Notes: generated by a model not told the origin, from the sequence alone. Shown: positions 32,001-40,805, counted from the stretch's first letter. The stretch is DNA of 64,000 bases from an uncultured Puniceicoccaceae bacterium (GCA_964383925.1 CAYLIJ010000001.1:40581-104580), one strand, 5' to 3'. Program-made: numbers and translations.

Positions 32001-35000
32001 TAAGCCAATTAGAAGCATTCAATTCCACAACTGAACCAATTAAGCCATCTGCATCAAAAACGACCATATTTGTCTGAAAAACTTGATTGTCGATCGTGGT
32101 CTGATTATTAGGAAAGCTTGAGAAAACCGGTGAGTCGTTCACATTTTGAATATTGAGATTAACGGATATTTGGTCGGAACCAATTCCATCACTCACATTT
32201 AACTGAAAAAAATCATTACCTGAATAATTTGCATCAGGCATATAATCTAAACTAGTTGGAGATATCCCCTGCCCTGAAATTTGTAGACTACCATGAGTGG
32301 GTTGGTTCAGAACCGACCAAGTTAAAGTTTGCCCATCTATGTCAGAAGCAGAAATGAGGTGGTGTCCTTGCCATAGTACATCTTCAGTAAGTGTGAATGT
32401 AATCTCTGAACCCTGAGAGATTATTGGATTGGTGTTTTCTCCAAGAACAACAAGCATAAATGCCTGAATCGCAAAACGATTTGTTTGATCACGACCTTGT
32501 AATACAATTAAGTTACTTCCAAGATCGTATTGATCGGGGGTGCCAGATAAACGAGCGGACCCGTTACCATCATCAACTAAGGTTGCCCAAGATGGTAATG
32601 GAACAAGTGAAGAAATTGTAATATTAGCATCCAAATCTGCATCAAAAACTAATATTTGATAATCAAATAAATTATCCTTTACCGCAATTCCCGAGGTTAC
32701 ACTTTTGAAAAAAGGATCATCTTCTTGCGGACTCACATTGATATTTATCAAAATCGAATCAGATGCATTTATATCTCCTGAATCATAAACAGTAAGAACA
32801 AATGAATCGTTACCACTAAAATTACCATCTGGCATATAGGATAGAGAACCTGGACTATTTCCAGTCCCGGAAACAATTGCAGTTCCATTTGCTGGATTAG
32901 TTGAAATTGCCCATGATAATATTCCGACAGTGGAATCTCGTTCGGTAGTTGTTAAGTTTAAATTCCCCCAATTACTGATCATCGAGTCTTCATTTACAGA
33001 GATGGAATATGTCGAACCTTCGGCGATGGATGGTGGATAATTATTGGGGATAACCTCTAAATTAAAAGCTTGGGCATCCTGTAAGCCTGCACTATCAGAA
33101 ACATTGATAACAATTAATCGAGATCCATTCTCCTCATAATCAGACCAAGAAGGCGTCCCTGATAATACTCTGCTATTCTGATTGAAACTTAGCCAACCAC
33201 TCGAAGGCAAATTTTGCAAACTAACTACTAAAGTATCATTATTGTCTGGATCTGAAATTAGGATCGGGTAATTAAAAAAGTTCCCCTCCTGAATCGAAGT
33301 TGATGGTGGAACTGAGATAATTTGGGGAGAATCATTAATCGGATTGATTATAATATTAAAAATAAGCTCCGCGGATTTGTTACCCTCACCATTGAGATCA
33401 GTTAGGCGAATAGTAAAAGAATCCGTACCACTGAAATTTCCATCAGGGATGTAAAGGATACTTTGATTCGTATCTGAACCATTAATATCAAGTACTAGCG
33501 AACCATGCAAAGGACTGACAGAAGCATTCAATTCAATTTGGTGTCCGTCTGAATCGTTATAATCCAAACCAGGTAAAGCAGCAAACCAAGTAGTCGCATT
33601 AAAATCCTCGTTAAGAATAATATCGGGTAAAACAGAAAAACTGGAATTACCATCGACCCAAATTAGAGGTGGATTATTGCGTTTCAGAACTCGAAAACTA
33701 AATTGTTTTTGGGTGGTATTTCCGTTACTATCATCAGCCGAAAGAGTAACATTGTAATCCTGAAATGCCTGCCCGTTTGCACTACCTAAATTTGGTGCAC
33801 CCACAATATCAAATCCCTCCCTTCTTAATCCCAAAGAAGGTGAAATATAGTTGAGGGTAAGATTGTCACCATCAGCATCAAAAATTAAGATGCTTTGATT
33901 GTAATCATCCCCCTCCATGCCTGAAGCAATGGAGGAAGTAAGAAATACAGGTGCATCCTGTACCGGCGTCACGGTTACATTAAAATCAATTGTGTCCGTG
34001 TCATTTCCATTCGAAAGAGTGGCTCGAAATGAATGAATTCCACTGTAATTTCCATCTGGCGTGTAAGTAAAATTTCCCGTAGTCGAATTTAAATCAAAAC
34101 TTGCATTAGCATCTGGAGAGAGTGATAAATTCCAAGTTAAGTTAGAATCGTGTGGATGCGAACCGTTAAAATCATAAATGTAAGTTCCACTGTCTTCAGC
34201 AATGGTATGGTTAATAGATGAGTTATGTTCAATAATCGGAGCTAATCGAGGAAGTGCCTTAAATTGCCAAGCATCATTATAAAAAGCCAACGCTCCTCCC
34301 CCCACATTCACATTGGTACTGTCACCAGGGATTCCAATGATCGCTGTTCCATCCGCTAAGGCGATTGAAAGAAAGTTTTGATCTGTGGAATTAGCGTCAG
34401 AAAGGTTAAGACTGGAAATTAATGAATTAGATGTTCCATTATCCTCTACTCGATATAGATAAGTATAGCCTTGCCCTTGCCGGTTAGAAGTGACCGCAAG
34501 TATATCTGCATTTATTTTGAGATCCGATGCGAAATACTGATTAGACAGATTTTGTGGTGGATAAATTACTGAAATCTCCTCCCAATTCGAACCATTCATT
34601 CTAAAAACATATACTGCCCCAGCATTGGTTGCATTCCCATCTTTTTTTCGGGCGCCCACAAAGGCCAAATCATTTTTCAGAGCAACCGAGTACCCAAATT
34701 CATCACCTGCAGATAAGCCAGTAGGTGAAAGTTTTGTTGATTGATACCATCCCGAGGCATTTTTTTCAAAAATATAAGCTGCTCCAGAATTAGTCCCGTT
34801 TGCGTCAGCCTTTGGTGCCCCCGCAAGCAAACGAGTTGCGTTTAAATCAACAGCATAACCAAATTCATCGTTACTTTGATTGTCATCCGCATGTAACAGA
34901 TCAACTAAACCCCAATTTGTACCATTATTTTCAAAAATAGAGATTTTACCGCTTTTATTATTGATAGCCTGCAAGGAACTTACCGCTAAATACTGACCAG

Positions 35001-35841
35001 ATGCTGAAAGATCCCAACCGAAACTGTCATAATTGGAAGCAAAAGTATTTAAGCTTTGATGAAAACTATAGCTTCCGTTGGACTCACGTTTGAAAATATC
35101 CACTGAGCCAGAATAAGAAGAACTATCCGGAGAACTTACGAAAAGAAATTCATTTTCAACTTCTAGGTCATGACCAAATTGGCCAATTTGGCCAGAGGTC
35201 GGAGGGAGTATTTTTTCAAAATAAGAGTAGGTTCCATTTGTTTCCCTATTAAATATATGAAATGCACCATCATCAAAGGTAGCTGCCCCAGGAGAACCAA
35301 TTATTGTCTGGTTCCAATCGTTAATTGCGATAGATTGACCAAATTTCAACGAATTTACATTAAGTTGCGGATATAAAATTTGTGAATCATGAGACGAAAT
35401 ATTAATCTGTCCTACAGATTGGTTTTGATCAGGCTTAAAATAGTAAATTGTCCTAGAACTGTTAAGGTCAGGAGAGAATAGTAAGTATTCGTCGTTGCTG
35501 AATGATCCATTGTTCCAAACATCCAGTTTCGTATATTCGGAACTATTATCTTCCCCAATACTTAAACGGACATCTCCTCCACTAACATTGTTAAAAACAT
35601 AATAATTATTCTCAAATAAAGATAACGTAGGAAATGGTAAATTTGAGACTCCATTCCCAGACAGTAAAAAATCTGAACCATTCCAATCGACCGAATAAAC
35701 CTCCTCCATATCACCGTTTTGGCTGTTGGAAAATCCTTGGAAATAAGCTAGAAAAAGCCCAAAAATACCCACATGCAACCTACCAAATGAGTTTAGGATG
35801 CAATTACTCCGCTGAGCAAAAGAAAATAAGAGCACTAACAT
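26017..35841 (-). CDS. Giant (3274 aa) surface protein/adhesin: FG-GAP propeller, cadherin/Ig-like repeats, DUF5011-like Ig domain, two SBBP-like propellers, Trp-rich C-terminal domain
   Basis: DEFGYAV/GAAYIF repeats; YxPDGNFSGxDSF and NDxPxF repeats; LPxWL...LSGTP repeats; PPKLSLKG...EPGY...DSSGN; AGGAGG upstream of start. Confidence 0.85.
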   Translation of the reverse strand: MLVLLFSFAQRSNCILNSFGRLHVGIFGLFLAYFQGFSNSQNGDMEEVYSVDWNGSDFLLSGNGVSNLPFPTLSLFENNYYVFNNVSGGDVRLSIGEDNSSEYTKLDVWNNGSFSNDEYLLFSPDLNSSRTIYYFKPDQNQSVGQINISSHDSQILYPQLNVNSLKFGQSIAINDWNQTIIGSPGAATFDDGAFHIFNRETNGTYSYFEKILPPTSGQIGQFGHDLEVENEFLFVSSPDSSSYSGSVDIFKRESNGSYSFHQSLNTFASNYDSFGWDLSASGQYLAVSSLQAINNKSGKISIFENNGTNWGLVDLLHADDNQSNDEFGYAVDLNATRLLAGAPKADANGTNSGAAYIFEKNASGWYQSTKLSPTGLSAGDEFGYSVALKNDLAFVGARKKDGNATNAGAVYVFRMNGSNWEEISVIYPPQNLSNQYFASDLKINADILAVTSNRQGQGYTYLYRVEDNGTSNSLISSLNLSDANSTDQNFLSIALADGTAIIGIPGDSTNVNVGGGALAFYNDAWQFKALPRLAPIIEHNSSINHTIAEDSGTYIYDFNGSHPHDSNLTWNLSLSPDANASFDLNSTTGNFTYTPDGNYSGIHSFRATLSNGNDTDTIDFNVTVTPVQDAPVFLTSSIASGMEGDDYNQSILIFDADGDNLTLNYISPSLGLRREGFDIVGAPNLGSANGQAFQDYNVTLSADDSNGNTTQKQFSFRVLKRNNPPLIWVDGNSSFSVLPDIILNEDFNATTWFAALPGLDYNDSDGHQIELNASVSPLHGSLVLDINGSDTNQSILYIPDGNFSGTDSFTIRLTDLNGEGNKSAELIFNIIINPINDSPQIISVPPSTSIQEGNFFNYPILISDPDNNDTLVVSLQNLPSSGWLSFNQNSRVLSGTPSWSDYEENGSRLIVINVSDSAGLQDAQAFNLEVIPNNYPPSIAEGSTYSISVNEDSMISNWGNLNLTTTERDSTVGILSWAISTNPANGTAIVSGTGNSPGSLSYMPDGNFSGNDSFVLTVYDSGDINASDSILININVSPQEDDPFFKSVTSGIAVKDNLFDYQILVFDADLDANITISSLVPLPSWATLVDDGNGSARLSGTPDQYDLGSNLIVLQGRDQTNRFAIQAFMLVVLGENTNPIISQGSEITFTLTEDVLWQGHHLISASDIDGQTLTWSVLNQPTHGSLQISGQGISPTSLDYMPDANYSGNDFFQLNVSDGIGSDQISVNLNIQNVNDSPVFSSFPNNQTTIDNQVFQTNMVVFDADGLIGSVVELNASNWLSVQSINYTSGALILSGTPQVSDEGNSTVVLKITDSTGLSVSSSFNLEVIVLNYPPIINNGVTSLNVTMVEDNATTWIAPNLSASDIETNSTDLVWSILSNPQNGTVSIDSNGQNLAYISDSNYSGSDFFEVLVTDTGGLSSSPPKSDSLRINVEIEPVNDPPVFISVPTSDVNGSYSWNDESVYVYKVKTYDSDWNYDWHSLDLNVSGTLPNWMTFVDDGNGTGQLYGLATVEEEGNYTISFEAFDSNQTSVVQTFNLEIRIDNYPPVFRSVSDSNKTISELVVYIDEDTNLNSLERGWIAPFDYKAIDPDPALSPTQTLTWTLGGISQSGAQVLVDGTGERPTNFSYTPFQHFFGEEIIQLMVNDGNRSSVLPVRVRVRGLPDAPVFNTSFDTILVAKEGAQFSLDISTYDPDNSLRTIKVFGLPSGGDSWLKLVEQNSTTGSARLFGVPPSQSSGDRYQLAFVVTDETGLFSVANCQLIVDGKNLSPVINIGSKATVRFDSTGKAKQSDIARLYATDIEGGRLQWSLSPSSFPSYGTATVLGSNSSIPSIKYLPYSSAQQDLFGIRVSDGVSYDEIEITAMIVDSFDTFDVSDPTINTISSGLTLIEHFKVTNISSNSVIDATLQEGPSWLKVEKVEFNLFKLHGIVPLNITGVVAIKISFSENEESNNVKQYNLNIVDSSPPKLSLKGDEFIQFRVGQIFTEPGYLSTDNDGSDLSGSVQIIGNVDVNQKGVTEIAYTSTDSSGNSSELKRTVQVVEHNESVRITNVIPITSGGLSALSILGNGDIILGHSSETEANFSKYQNYTELSNPLNSVKFQAQQVNIEQILVTKEGGFLVCGIFRGNLKFGDNLVSANGNHNIFVLKLDQNFKLVWFKTISCSSILEKIYLMETLDQSIQIAGNFHGQLQLDSQTWNSQGGTDNFIWNLKSSGEFAWLKTYGGKGIEEMVGIGGLPDGSFVAVSNSVKENISSYCTIVKFSKEGIVIGGKSLNNINFNRANEIVCKNKSIFLAGQFDSELVIDSQTIRSNSSSSGFVLSFNSEINLNWMFPLSSTGKTKAQQIEMDAFGYPLVALCYEGNLSLPNVAPTHPSLGLNDLMVIKINPLSGEIIWAQSIGTTGDDSPTEFEVGPCGTILLGSSFTTPFSLNEFPHFQGNQFLVKLESSLGSPSFESIANLNLQDNIFFDQEIKVLNQSFVRLKMLDSPTWMNLQDNLDGTGILGGLPSTKIASSGKVKIRAYNADGGVSDLDLNYSVSTNSNTILSKEKLPQFSTALNFGKEAIISSVNSSTDGEYYIAGTFSKSVKLGNNILTSQGQNDGFVGKFSLDGSIDRSIQLISKGELSISSTVMGTDGDIYIIGDFTDELQVGPFNIKSSGGYDLFVVHWSQDGALKNLTSIGGSSNEYFQHAFFYENSLLLSGQFDGTFSHGSYSIKSRGEKDGFIMEVPTIDVSKITWVQNFGGVQEDQVNGLAVSSDGKIFLAGSYQGSSIFGKISHQSAGLSDCFIGELDRQGTWKNVYSGGGTGEDEIKGIFIQKENRILIAGNFRNSIKWGNRNVESNGKQDGFMAIITDTGNCIALDAYGGVGNDSIDSIQGNNAQTYFAGSFSNEIKLGEKIFSTSGKRDSYIALLNNNGSLVIDAEQTSGVGEDVIKFTGSSMVGHLLTTGISSGVIGSDGLISTVSSTSSNSYVCLFGSTQFSPVLSPAPKTSILTSNMYHFEFESGPWPIGAKLSLNITQKPNWLNIELFDDGRGLVWGQSPTSEGSEERVRFDINSTGLSGLTSEWEIQILDISTAFSIVGNPVSRSTQLDQYRSEFTLSGSSLDNILIVPLNLPVWLSLNRDSRSSFVIEGTPLENDAGVFPIQILARKFFDQNSSYQEILEYSLVIQNKMLQSATSTNLGDWKTNWVGYFSTFDNSWSYHEDFLWVYWGAGSQADNVWFWTEKWGWLWTSSEHWDASKGEGYLYNSLNAEWMFFRRKQETLPSTVYLYSSAKWTTFQ

Positions 35842-35931
35842 TTACTATAACCTCCTAAATAATGGGCAGTAATGCAAAGCTTTTAAGGAAAAATATCCCA
35901 AAAGAAGGCTGAAAATGAAAAACTTTTTAAA

Positions 35932-36282
35932 TTAAGGTCTTTTGGGGACTCTACGAACGAAAGAAACCCTCTTTGGACTGGGTACACGTTTGACTAGTGG
36001 AGTACTCCTGACTGGTTTTGGGCGTTTTGGCTGTGGTGGTCGCTTAACAAGATTAGAAGACCTAGCAATTGGAGGGCGAGGGGCAGGAGGGGCTTTGCGG
36101 GCAATTCTTGAAGAGGGAGCGAATGGGGCTCTGTTAAAAGAGGCGTAGGATGGAACAGAACGGACATTTTTAACTGAAGGGGCACGCGGAGAAGAAGGAG
36201 CAGACCGAAAACCAAAAGCGGTAGTAGAATACAGGAACAACCCTGTAAAGGTAAGTAATGTAGGATTACATTTAGGAAACAC
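35932..36282 (-). CDS. Small Pro/Arg/Lys/Ser-rich basic protein with putative signal peptide
   Basis: Hydrophobic N-terminus ending TAFG; no D/E in the whole ORF; fills the gap between two co-oriented genes. Confidence 0.55.
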   Translation of the reverse strand: MFPKCNPTLLTFTGLFLYSTTAFGFRSAPSSPRAPSVKNVRSVPSYASFNRAPFAPSSRIARKAPPAPRPPIARSSNLVKRPPQPKRPKPVRSTPLVKRVPSPKRVSFVRRVPKRP

Positions 36283-37477
36283 TTAATGCGAATTTCTCGA
36301 TTGGGTATTCTGAGGAAAGACTATCGAGCAAAAATGCGGTTGGCTGGAAGTTTTGTAAAATACTAGTGCTTTTGCCGTCCTTATACATTCTAACCTCCGA
36401 AACAGTAATTTCAGGAGTCTTTGGTGGTGCATATAAAATATCATCATGTGATGCGTTTAATCTAGAATTAAACAAATCAGGAGTCAACGAACCGCCGAGG
36501 TGATCGCTTCTTCCCGTTGCAACATGACAGGTACCAAGTATTTTCTCATCTTGAATATCTTTACCGGAAAACGGAAGTAATTGAGTACCAAATCCAAGTT
36601 CACCTATAATACCTGTAGCTGGGTCCTCTTCTAATTGCTTATTTCGATCATCAATTTTCTGTTGATCACCTCTTATTAATGACGCCTTGATGATCGCACC
36701 GTCGTTTACTTCCATTTGGGCAAGAGTACCGTCCGAAAAACGAAACGGAAAAGATCCAGAAGCGGAAGTGGGGACGAAGTAGACTTCTCCAGCAGGAAGA
36801 TTTGCCACATCTGGAATTCCATCTGGACAGAGACCATGGCTTTTCTGAGCAGATTGATTGTTACAATCAATTTTAAGTGTAGATTTCGAGCCAAATACAT
36901 CAAAATCAAGTTCAAATGACTCGGAGTGGTCTAATACGCTTCTAAATAATTCGGATTGTTTGCTTATCTCATGATAATCAACAGACAAACCAGAATTTAG
37001 AATGATATCGTTCACTCCATGTAGAGTTGCACCGCGAAAACCATGAATTTTAGCGGATGCGGTGAGAGGCGCGGTTAATGAAAAATCAGTGATAGCAAGT
37101 ATAATGTCATAATTAGGATAGATATCTTTTTCCAAAGAGAGTGAATCTCCGTCAAAATTAGTTGCTTCATCTTCAGGGTCTAAATTGCTGCCACCCGTTG
37201 TTTTAAAGGCAAAGAAGGCATTGCCTGTGTAAGAAAGACTCTCAGACACACCATCGATAAGGTCTTTGAGAAAAACATTGTGAGCATACTTCTGAACAGA
37301 AAAATCAGGTTCTTCAAGAAATTTGTGCCCATGCATCAATGAAAGATCGGGTAGATCAATTAAAATGCAGATTTTTTTACGATCTTTGTTATTCTCAGAA
37401 ATATTGTTACCAAAACAGGTACTGAGAAGGCGTTTTAAGGAAAACTTAGGGAAATCACTAATATTTGGTAGGTACAT
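36272..37477 (-). CDS. M29-like (thermophilic aminopeptidase-type) metallopeptidase
   Basis: NLPAGEVY, GELGFG, DEKILGTCHVATG, HDDI. Confidence 0.75.
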   Translation of the reverse strand: MYLPNISDFPKFSLKRLLSTCFGNNISENNKDRKKICILIDLPDLSLMHGHKFLEEPDFSVQKYAHNVFLKDLIDGVSESLSYTGNAFFAFKTTGGSNLDPEDEATNFDGDSLSLEKDIYPNYDIILAITDFSLTAPLTASAKIHGFRGATLHGVNDIILNSGLSVDYHEISKQSELFRSVLDHSESFELDFDVFGSKSTLKIDCNNQSAQKSHGLCPDGIPDVANLPAGEVYFVPTSASGSFPFRFSDGTLAQMEVNDGAIIKASLIRGDQQKIDDRNKQLEEDPATGIIGELGFGTQLLPFSGKDIQDEKILGTCHVATGRSDHLGGSLTPDLFNSRLNASHDDILYAPPKTPEITVSEVRMYKDGKSTSILQNFQPTAFLLDSLSSEYPIEKFALSVS

Positions 37478-37552
37478 TTAATATTACTTATATGTTTTTG
37501 GTAAATCTTCAATACAACGCTAAAAAAAAATGTTTTTTTTTATAAATCTCAA

Positions 37553-38278
37553 TCATTTTGGTTTTCGTCCACCACAAATCCTACAATCAGTTCCCTGAGG
37601 TCTTGAAGTTAAACTACCTCTTCCTCTCTGATAAAATGAGCAATTAGGACGATGGATTTTACCGAAAGTAGAAACCCAAAAACTCAATGAAGGTACAAAA
37701 GATCGCTGACTGTTTAACATGCTAGGCATTAGTGGAGAAGGTAAAGAGGTGGGTGATTGGATTTGCTTGTAATTAAAGTTATTTGCCCAAATTCCTAAAT
37801 TCAACCTTTTTGCCTTTAATTGAGATAATACAAATGGACCGTAGCGATTCGTTTCTTTTTCCAAATGCCAACCGATACCTAGTGAAATTGCTTCCCTACT
37901 AAAATCCATCTGTCCTTTCATTAGTTTCACTTCAACAACTTTCAAATTTTGAAGATCAAATTCTTGCCTGAGTTGAATATTTGGAGATGAAGACAAAAGC
38001 TTCTGTTCACTGAAAGTAAGGGCTTCATTATAACCTGGTTGCCCTCTTTGGGGAAATTCAACACCCCAAACCCTCATTCGAACCATGAATCTAGTAGATT
38101 GGTAATCAAATACGCCTGGTTTTATCACACGTACCACCTCTTCTTTGAAGTTGGTACTGTTTGACTCATTCGTTAAAGCGGGAACTGGTGCTGTTCCCTC
38201 ATTCCCTATGGAATAATTAAATATTATCGAAAGTAAAAATAATAATTTAAAAGATGATATTAGTTTTATCTGAATCAT
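37553..38278 (-). CDS. Secreted thermonuclease (SNase)-fold protein with C-terminal HxxxC...CxxC Zn-binding motif, probably inactive
   Basis: MRVWGVEFPQRGQPG, GIGWH, AKRLNLGIWA; KIHRPNC...DCRICGG. Confidence 0.7.
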   Translation of the reverse strand: MIQIKLISSFKLLFLLSIIFNYSIGNEGTAPVPALTNESNSTNFKEEVVRVIKPGVFDYQSTRFMVRMRVWGVEFPQRGQPGYNEALTFSEQKLLSSSPNIQLRQEFDLQNLKVVEVKLMKGQMDFSREAISLGIGWHLEKETNRYGPFVLSQLKAKRLNLGIWANNFNYKQIQSPTSLPSPLMPSMLNSQRSFVPSLSFWVSTFGKIHRPNCSFYQRGRGSLTSRPQGTDCRICGGRKPK

Positions 38279-38388
38279 TTAATATTCAATCTAAGCACCG
38301 TAGACAGTATATTGCAATAATATGAATAGTTGAACTAACTTATTTGTTATATATTGATTGTACCCATAAATTAACTTATCCTAATAGG

Positions 38389-39282
38389 ATGCCTAAGTTT
38401 GAAAGACCAAGAGCATCCACAATTGGAATTCCTGTTTATCATAGAAGAAGAAGAGACTGGAAGGACGATCGTGATTTAATCGAAGAAATCGCGACTTCGG
38501 TTAATAAATTGAATGGTCCATATGAATATTATGATAAGGGTGTTTTTGCTTTTAGGGAAAAAGTTAAATCATACAGAGAATCAGGATATGAAAATAATAA
38601 GAATGTTTATTACTTAGGTATTTGGATTAGAGAAAAGCTTAGCGAAATGTCTAGAAATCTGACCAGTTACGACTTACGAGTCCACACGATTCCTTTTGCT
38701 GAAAATCTAGAATCTGTAATTCTTCAAATTGAACAAAGAAATTCCTTTAAATCGAGTGAAGGTAAAGATGAAATTTGCGTAGAATCCATTTTTCCTGATC
38801 CTAATCTTCGAAGTTTTGCTAGAGAAAGAATGCAAGTGCTTCATCATGGTGATTTAATTGCTTATTTATCATCACTTGTTTCAAGAGAAAAAGAATCTCT
38901 GCTCACAAATTCTGCTTCAATCATGGATTTGATTCAGATCTGTGAATACAAACTCTCAGTTCAAAATGTAGAGGTAAAAAAAAGATATTCAGTGGGTGAA
39001 ACTGATTTATGGGTTCCTTTACTATCTCTTGGAGTTGAAGTTAGGAATTCTTGGGAAGGAAACGATGAGATTAGCTTAATTAGAACTCTAAGTGATACTA
39101 ATTTCAGGCTCCAATCACGCCACCTTGTAGTTGTTGCAGCAGACGATATGAGCGACGAGTCATTTGAAATGTTAAGAGCGATTGAAATAAGACAGGTAAT
39201 TAAAAACTTATCAATTATTAGAGTTGGAGATTTTACAAATTTTGTATCAAAAATTAAAGAAATTGAAGAAAAAAGAGACTAG
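38389..39282 (+). CDS. Hypothetical protein; C-terminal restriction-endonuclease-like (PD-(D/E)xK-type) fold suspected
   Basis: GETDLWVPLLSLGVEVRN motif; likely start MPKFER. Confidence 0.5.
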   Translation: MPKFERPRASTIGIPVYHRRRRDWKDDRDLIEEIATSVNKLNGPYEYYDKGVFAFREKVKSYRESGYENNKNVYYLGIWIREKLSEMSRNLTSYDLRVHTIPFAENLESVILQIEQRNSFKSSEGKDEICVESIFPDPNLRSFARERMQVLHHGDLIAYLSSLVSREKESLLTNSASIMDLIQICEYKLSVQNVEVKKRYSVGETDLWVPLLSLGVEVRNSWEGNDEISLIRTLSDTNFRLQSRHLVVVAADDMSDESFEMLRAIEIRQVIKNLSIIRVGDFTNFVSKIKEIEEKRD

Positions 39283-39848
39283 CTTTGAGGCACAATTTCT
39301 TCTTTTAAAAGACGACCTGTTCGATCCCATAAACGACGACCAATATACCTACCTTCACTCCAGTAAGCCTCTTCTCGAGTAAATCCGTTTGGCCACCACC
39401 TAGACTTTACACCCACAATGACGCCTTGGTCGAAGTTGGCTTCCAAAGCTCTTTGCCCTGTAGGAAAATTTCTGATCTGCTGTCCATGTGGAAATCCTCT
39501 GTAATAAGAAGTTTTTAACGAGAGAGTACCATCCGAGAAATTCTCAACTACGGTACCTGTAAAAGGCTCTTCCCATAAATCTTTTCGATACAATCGACCA
39601 TTTTTTTTGCTTACAGTCTCGCTCTGTTGAACCGTAGGGAAACTTTCAACAGGTTTTTCAAAATCTGAGAAAATTTTCTCGATAGCACGATCTTTGGAAA
39701 CAAATCTATCATCTGTAGGTAATTTTGGAGTTTCTTCTTTTAAACCATCGGTTGAGTCTACAGTTTGGGAATTTGATTCAGTGTCTTCAGTGCTACATCC
39801 ATAAAAATAAAAGGTTATGAATAAAAACGTTAGAATATTTGATCTCAT
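39279..39848 (-). CDS. MORN-variant repeat lipoprotein
   Basis: Lipobox FYGC, EPFTG, YYRGFPHG, WWPNG repeats. Confidence 0.8.
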   Translation of the reverse strand: MRSNILTFLFITFYFYGCSTEDTESNSQTVDSTDGLKEETPKLPTDDRFVSKDRAIEKIFSDFEKPVESFPTVQQSETVSKKNGRLYRKDLWEEPFTGTVVENFSDGTLSLKTSYYRGFPHGQQIRNFPTGQRALEANFDQGVIVGVKSRWWPNGFTREEAYWSEGRYIGRRLWDRTGRLLKEEIVPQS

Positions 39849-39905
39849 CCAATTTATGGTGAAGATTAGTGTGATTCGTGCAATACGAAAAAATTAATAT
39901 TCTAA

Positions 39906-40403
39906 ATGAAAACTATATTTTTAATTCGACACGCAAAATCTTCTTGGGACAATCAACAGATTGAAGATCACGAACGTACATTGAACAAGAGGGGGTTAAG
40001 TGATGCCCCCCGAATGGGAGAAAAACTAAACATGCTCTACCCTGCTCCAGAAAAAATAATTTGTTCGACAGCAATACGGGCAAAAGAAACTGCTTCTCTG
40101 ATGAAAGATCGTTGGTTTCCCTTGGTTAAAATAGACTACACAAGGCAACTTTATGAAGCACCTACTTCAGGAATCCTTACTTTAATTCAATCTATTCCGA
40201 CTCAAATAAATTCTATTGCTCTTTTTTTTCACAATCCCACAGTTACCCATCTTGCCTCTGTTCTTGGTTCAATCTCAATAATGGAGATGCCCACATGCAG
40301 TGCGGTGATTCTTACCAGTGAACAAGAAGATTGGCAATCGATCGAAGTTGGTAGTTGTAAACTGGTTGATTTTGAGTACCCCAACAAGATCGTTCAAAAC
40401 TAG
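39906..40403 (+). CDS. sixA: SixA-type histidine phosphatase
   Basis: LIRHAKSSW, DHERTLNKRG, STAIRA, HNP. Confidence 0.88.
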   Translation: MKTIFLIRHAKSSWDNQQIEDHERTLNKRGLSDAPRMGEKLNMLYPAPEKIICSTAIRAKETASLMKDRWFPLVKIDYTRQLYEAPTSGILTLIQSIPTQINSIALFFHNPTVTHLASVLGSISIMEMPTCSAVILTSEQEDWQSIEVGSCKLVDFEYPNKIVQN

Positions 40404-40693
40404 TATGATTCATCGGAAAGAATTCTCTCTGCGACCTTATTAAAAGGATCTCCAAGCTTATCTAGAGAATTTTCTATTTCTCCTAAACAACAAACTTCGG
40501 GATCAGGTATTTCGATTAAAAGGTCAACCCATTTGCCGATTTCCTTCTTAGAAACTTCATTAACCTGATATTGTTGTTTGGATGGAAATGTAATTAAATC
40601 ATTTGGGCAATTAAGGTTTGATGCAAATTGCTCTAATTCATTACTCATAATTGGGTGTTCCTCTGGTAAAAGATAGTCTTGTATGTATATCAC
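40400..40693 (-). CDS. Small acidic hypothetical protein, paralog 1
   Basis: Paralogous to 41047-41331; the first 8 codons differ only by 3 synonymous third-position changes. Confidence 0.75.
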   Translation of the reverse strand: MIYIQDYLLPEEHPIMSNELEQFASNLNCPNDLITFPSKQQYQVNEVSKKEIGKWVDLLIEIPDPEVCCLGEIENSLDKLGDPFNKVAERILSDESY

Positions 40694-40800
40694 AACGATT
40701 TGTTTAAAAATGTCTACTAGGACATTCTGTTAGGTTGTGATTCTAATCTACCTCCTGTGGACTGAATCAGATTTAATGTGGCTGCATCCTTGCTGCTAAT
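40689..40800 (-). promoter_or_regulatory. Structured 5' leader with two CsrA-type GGA motifs, copy 1
   Basis: GCAGCAAGGATGCAGC hairpin (40781-40796), CCACAGGAGG (40751-40760), 47-bp block identical to copy 2. Confidence 0.7.
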
Positions 40801-40805
40801 ACTAA

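Noticed and set aside
35860..35886. Possible sigma-28 promoter (TTAA-N15-GCCCATTA) before the giant adhesin
   Set aside because: Lacks the CGA core of the -10 box, and +1 would fall inside the AGGAGG ribosome-binding site
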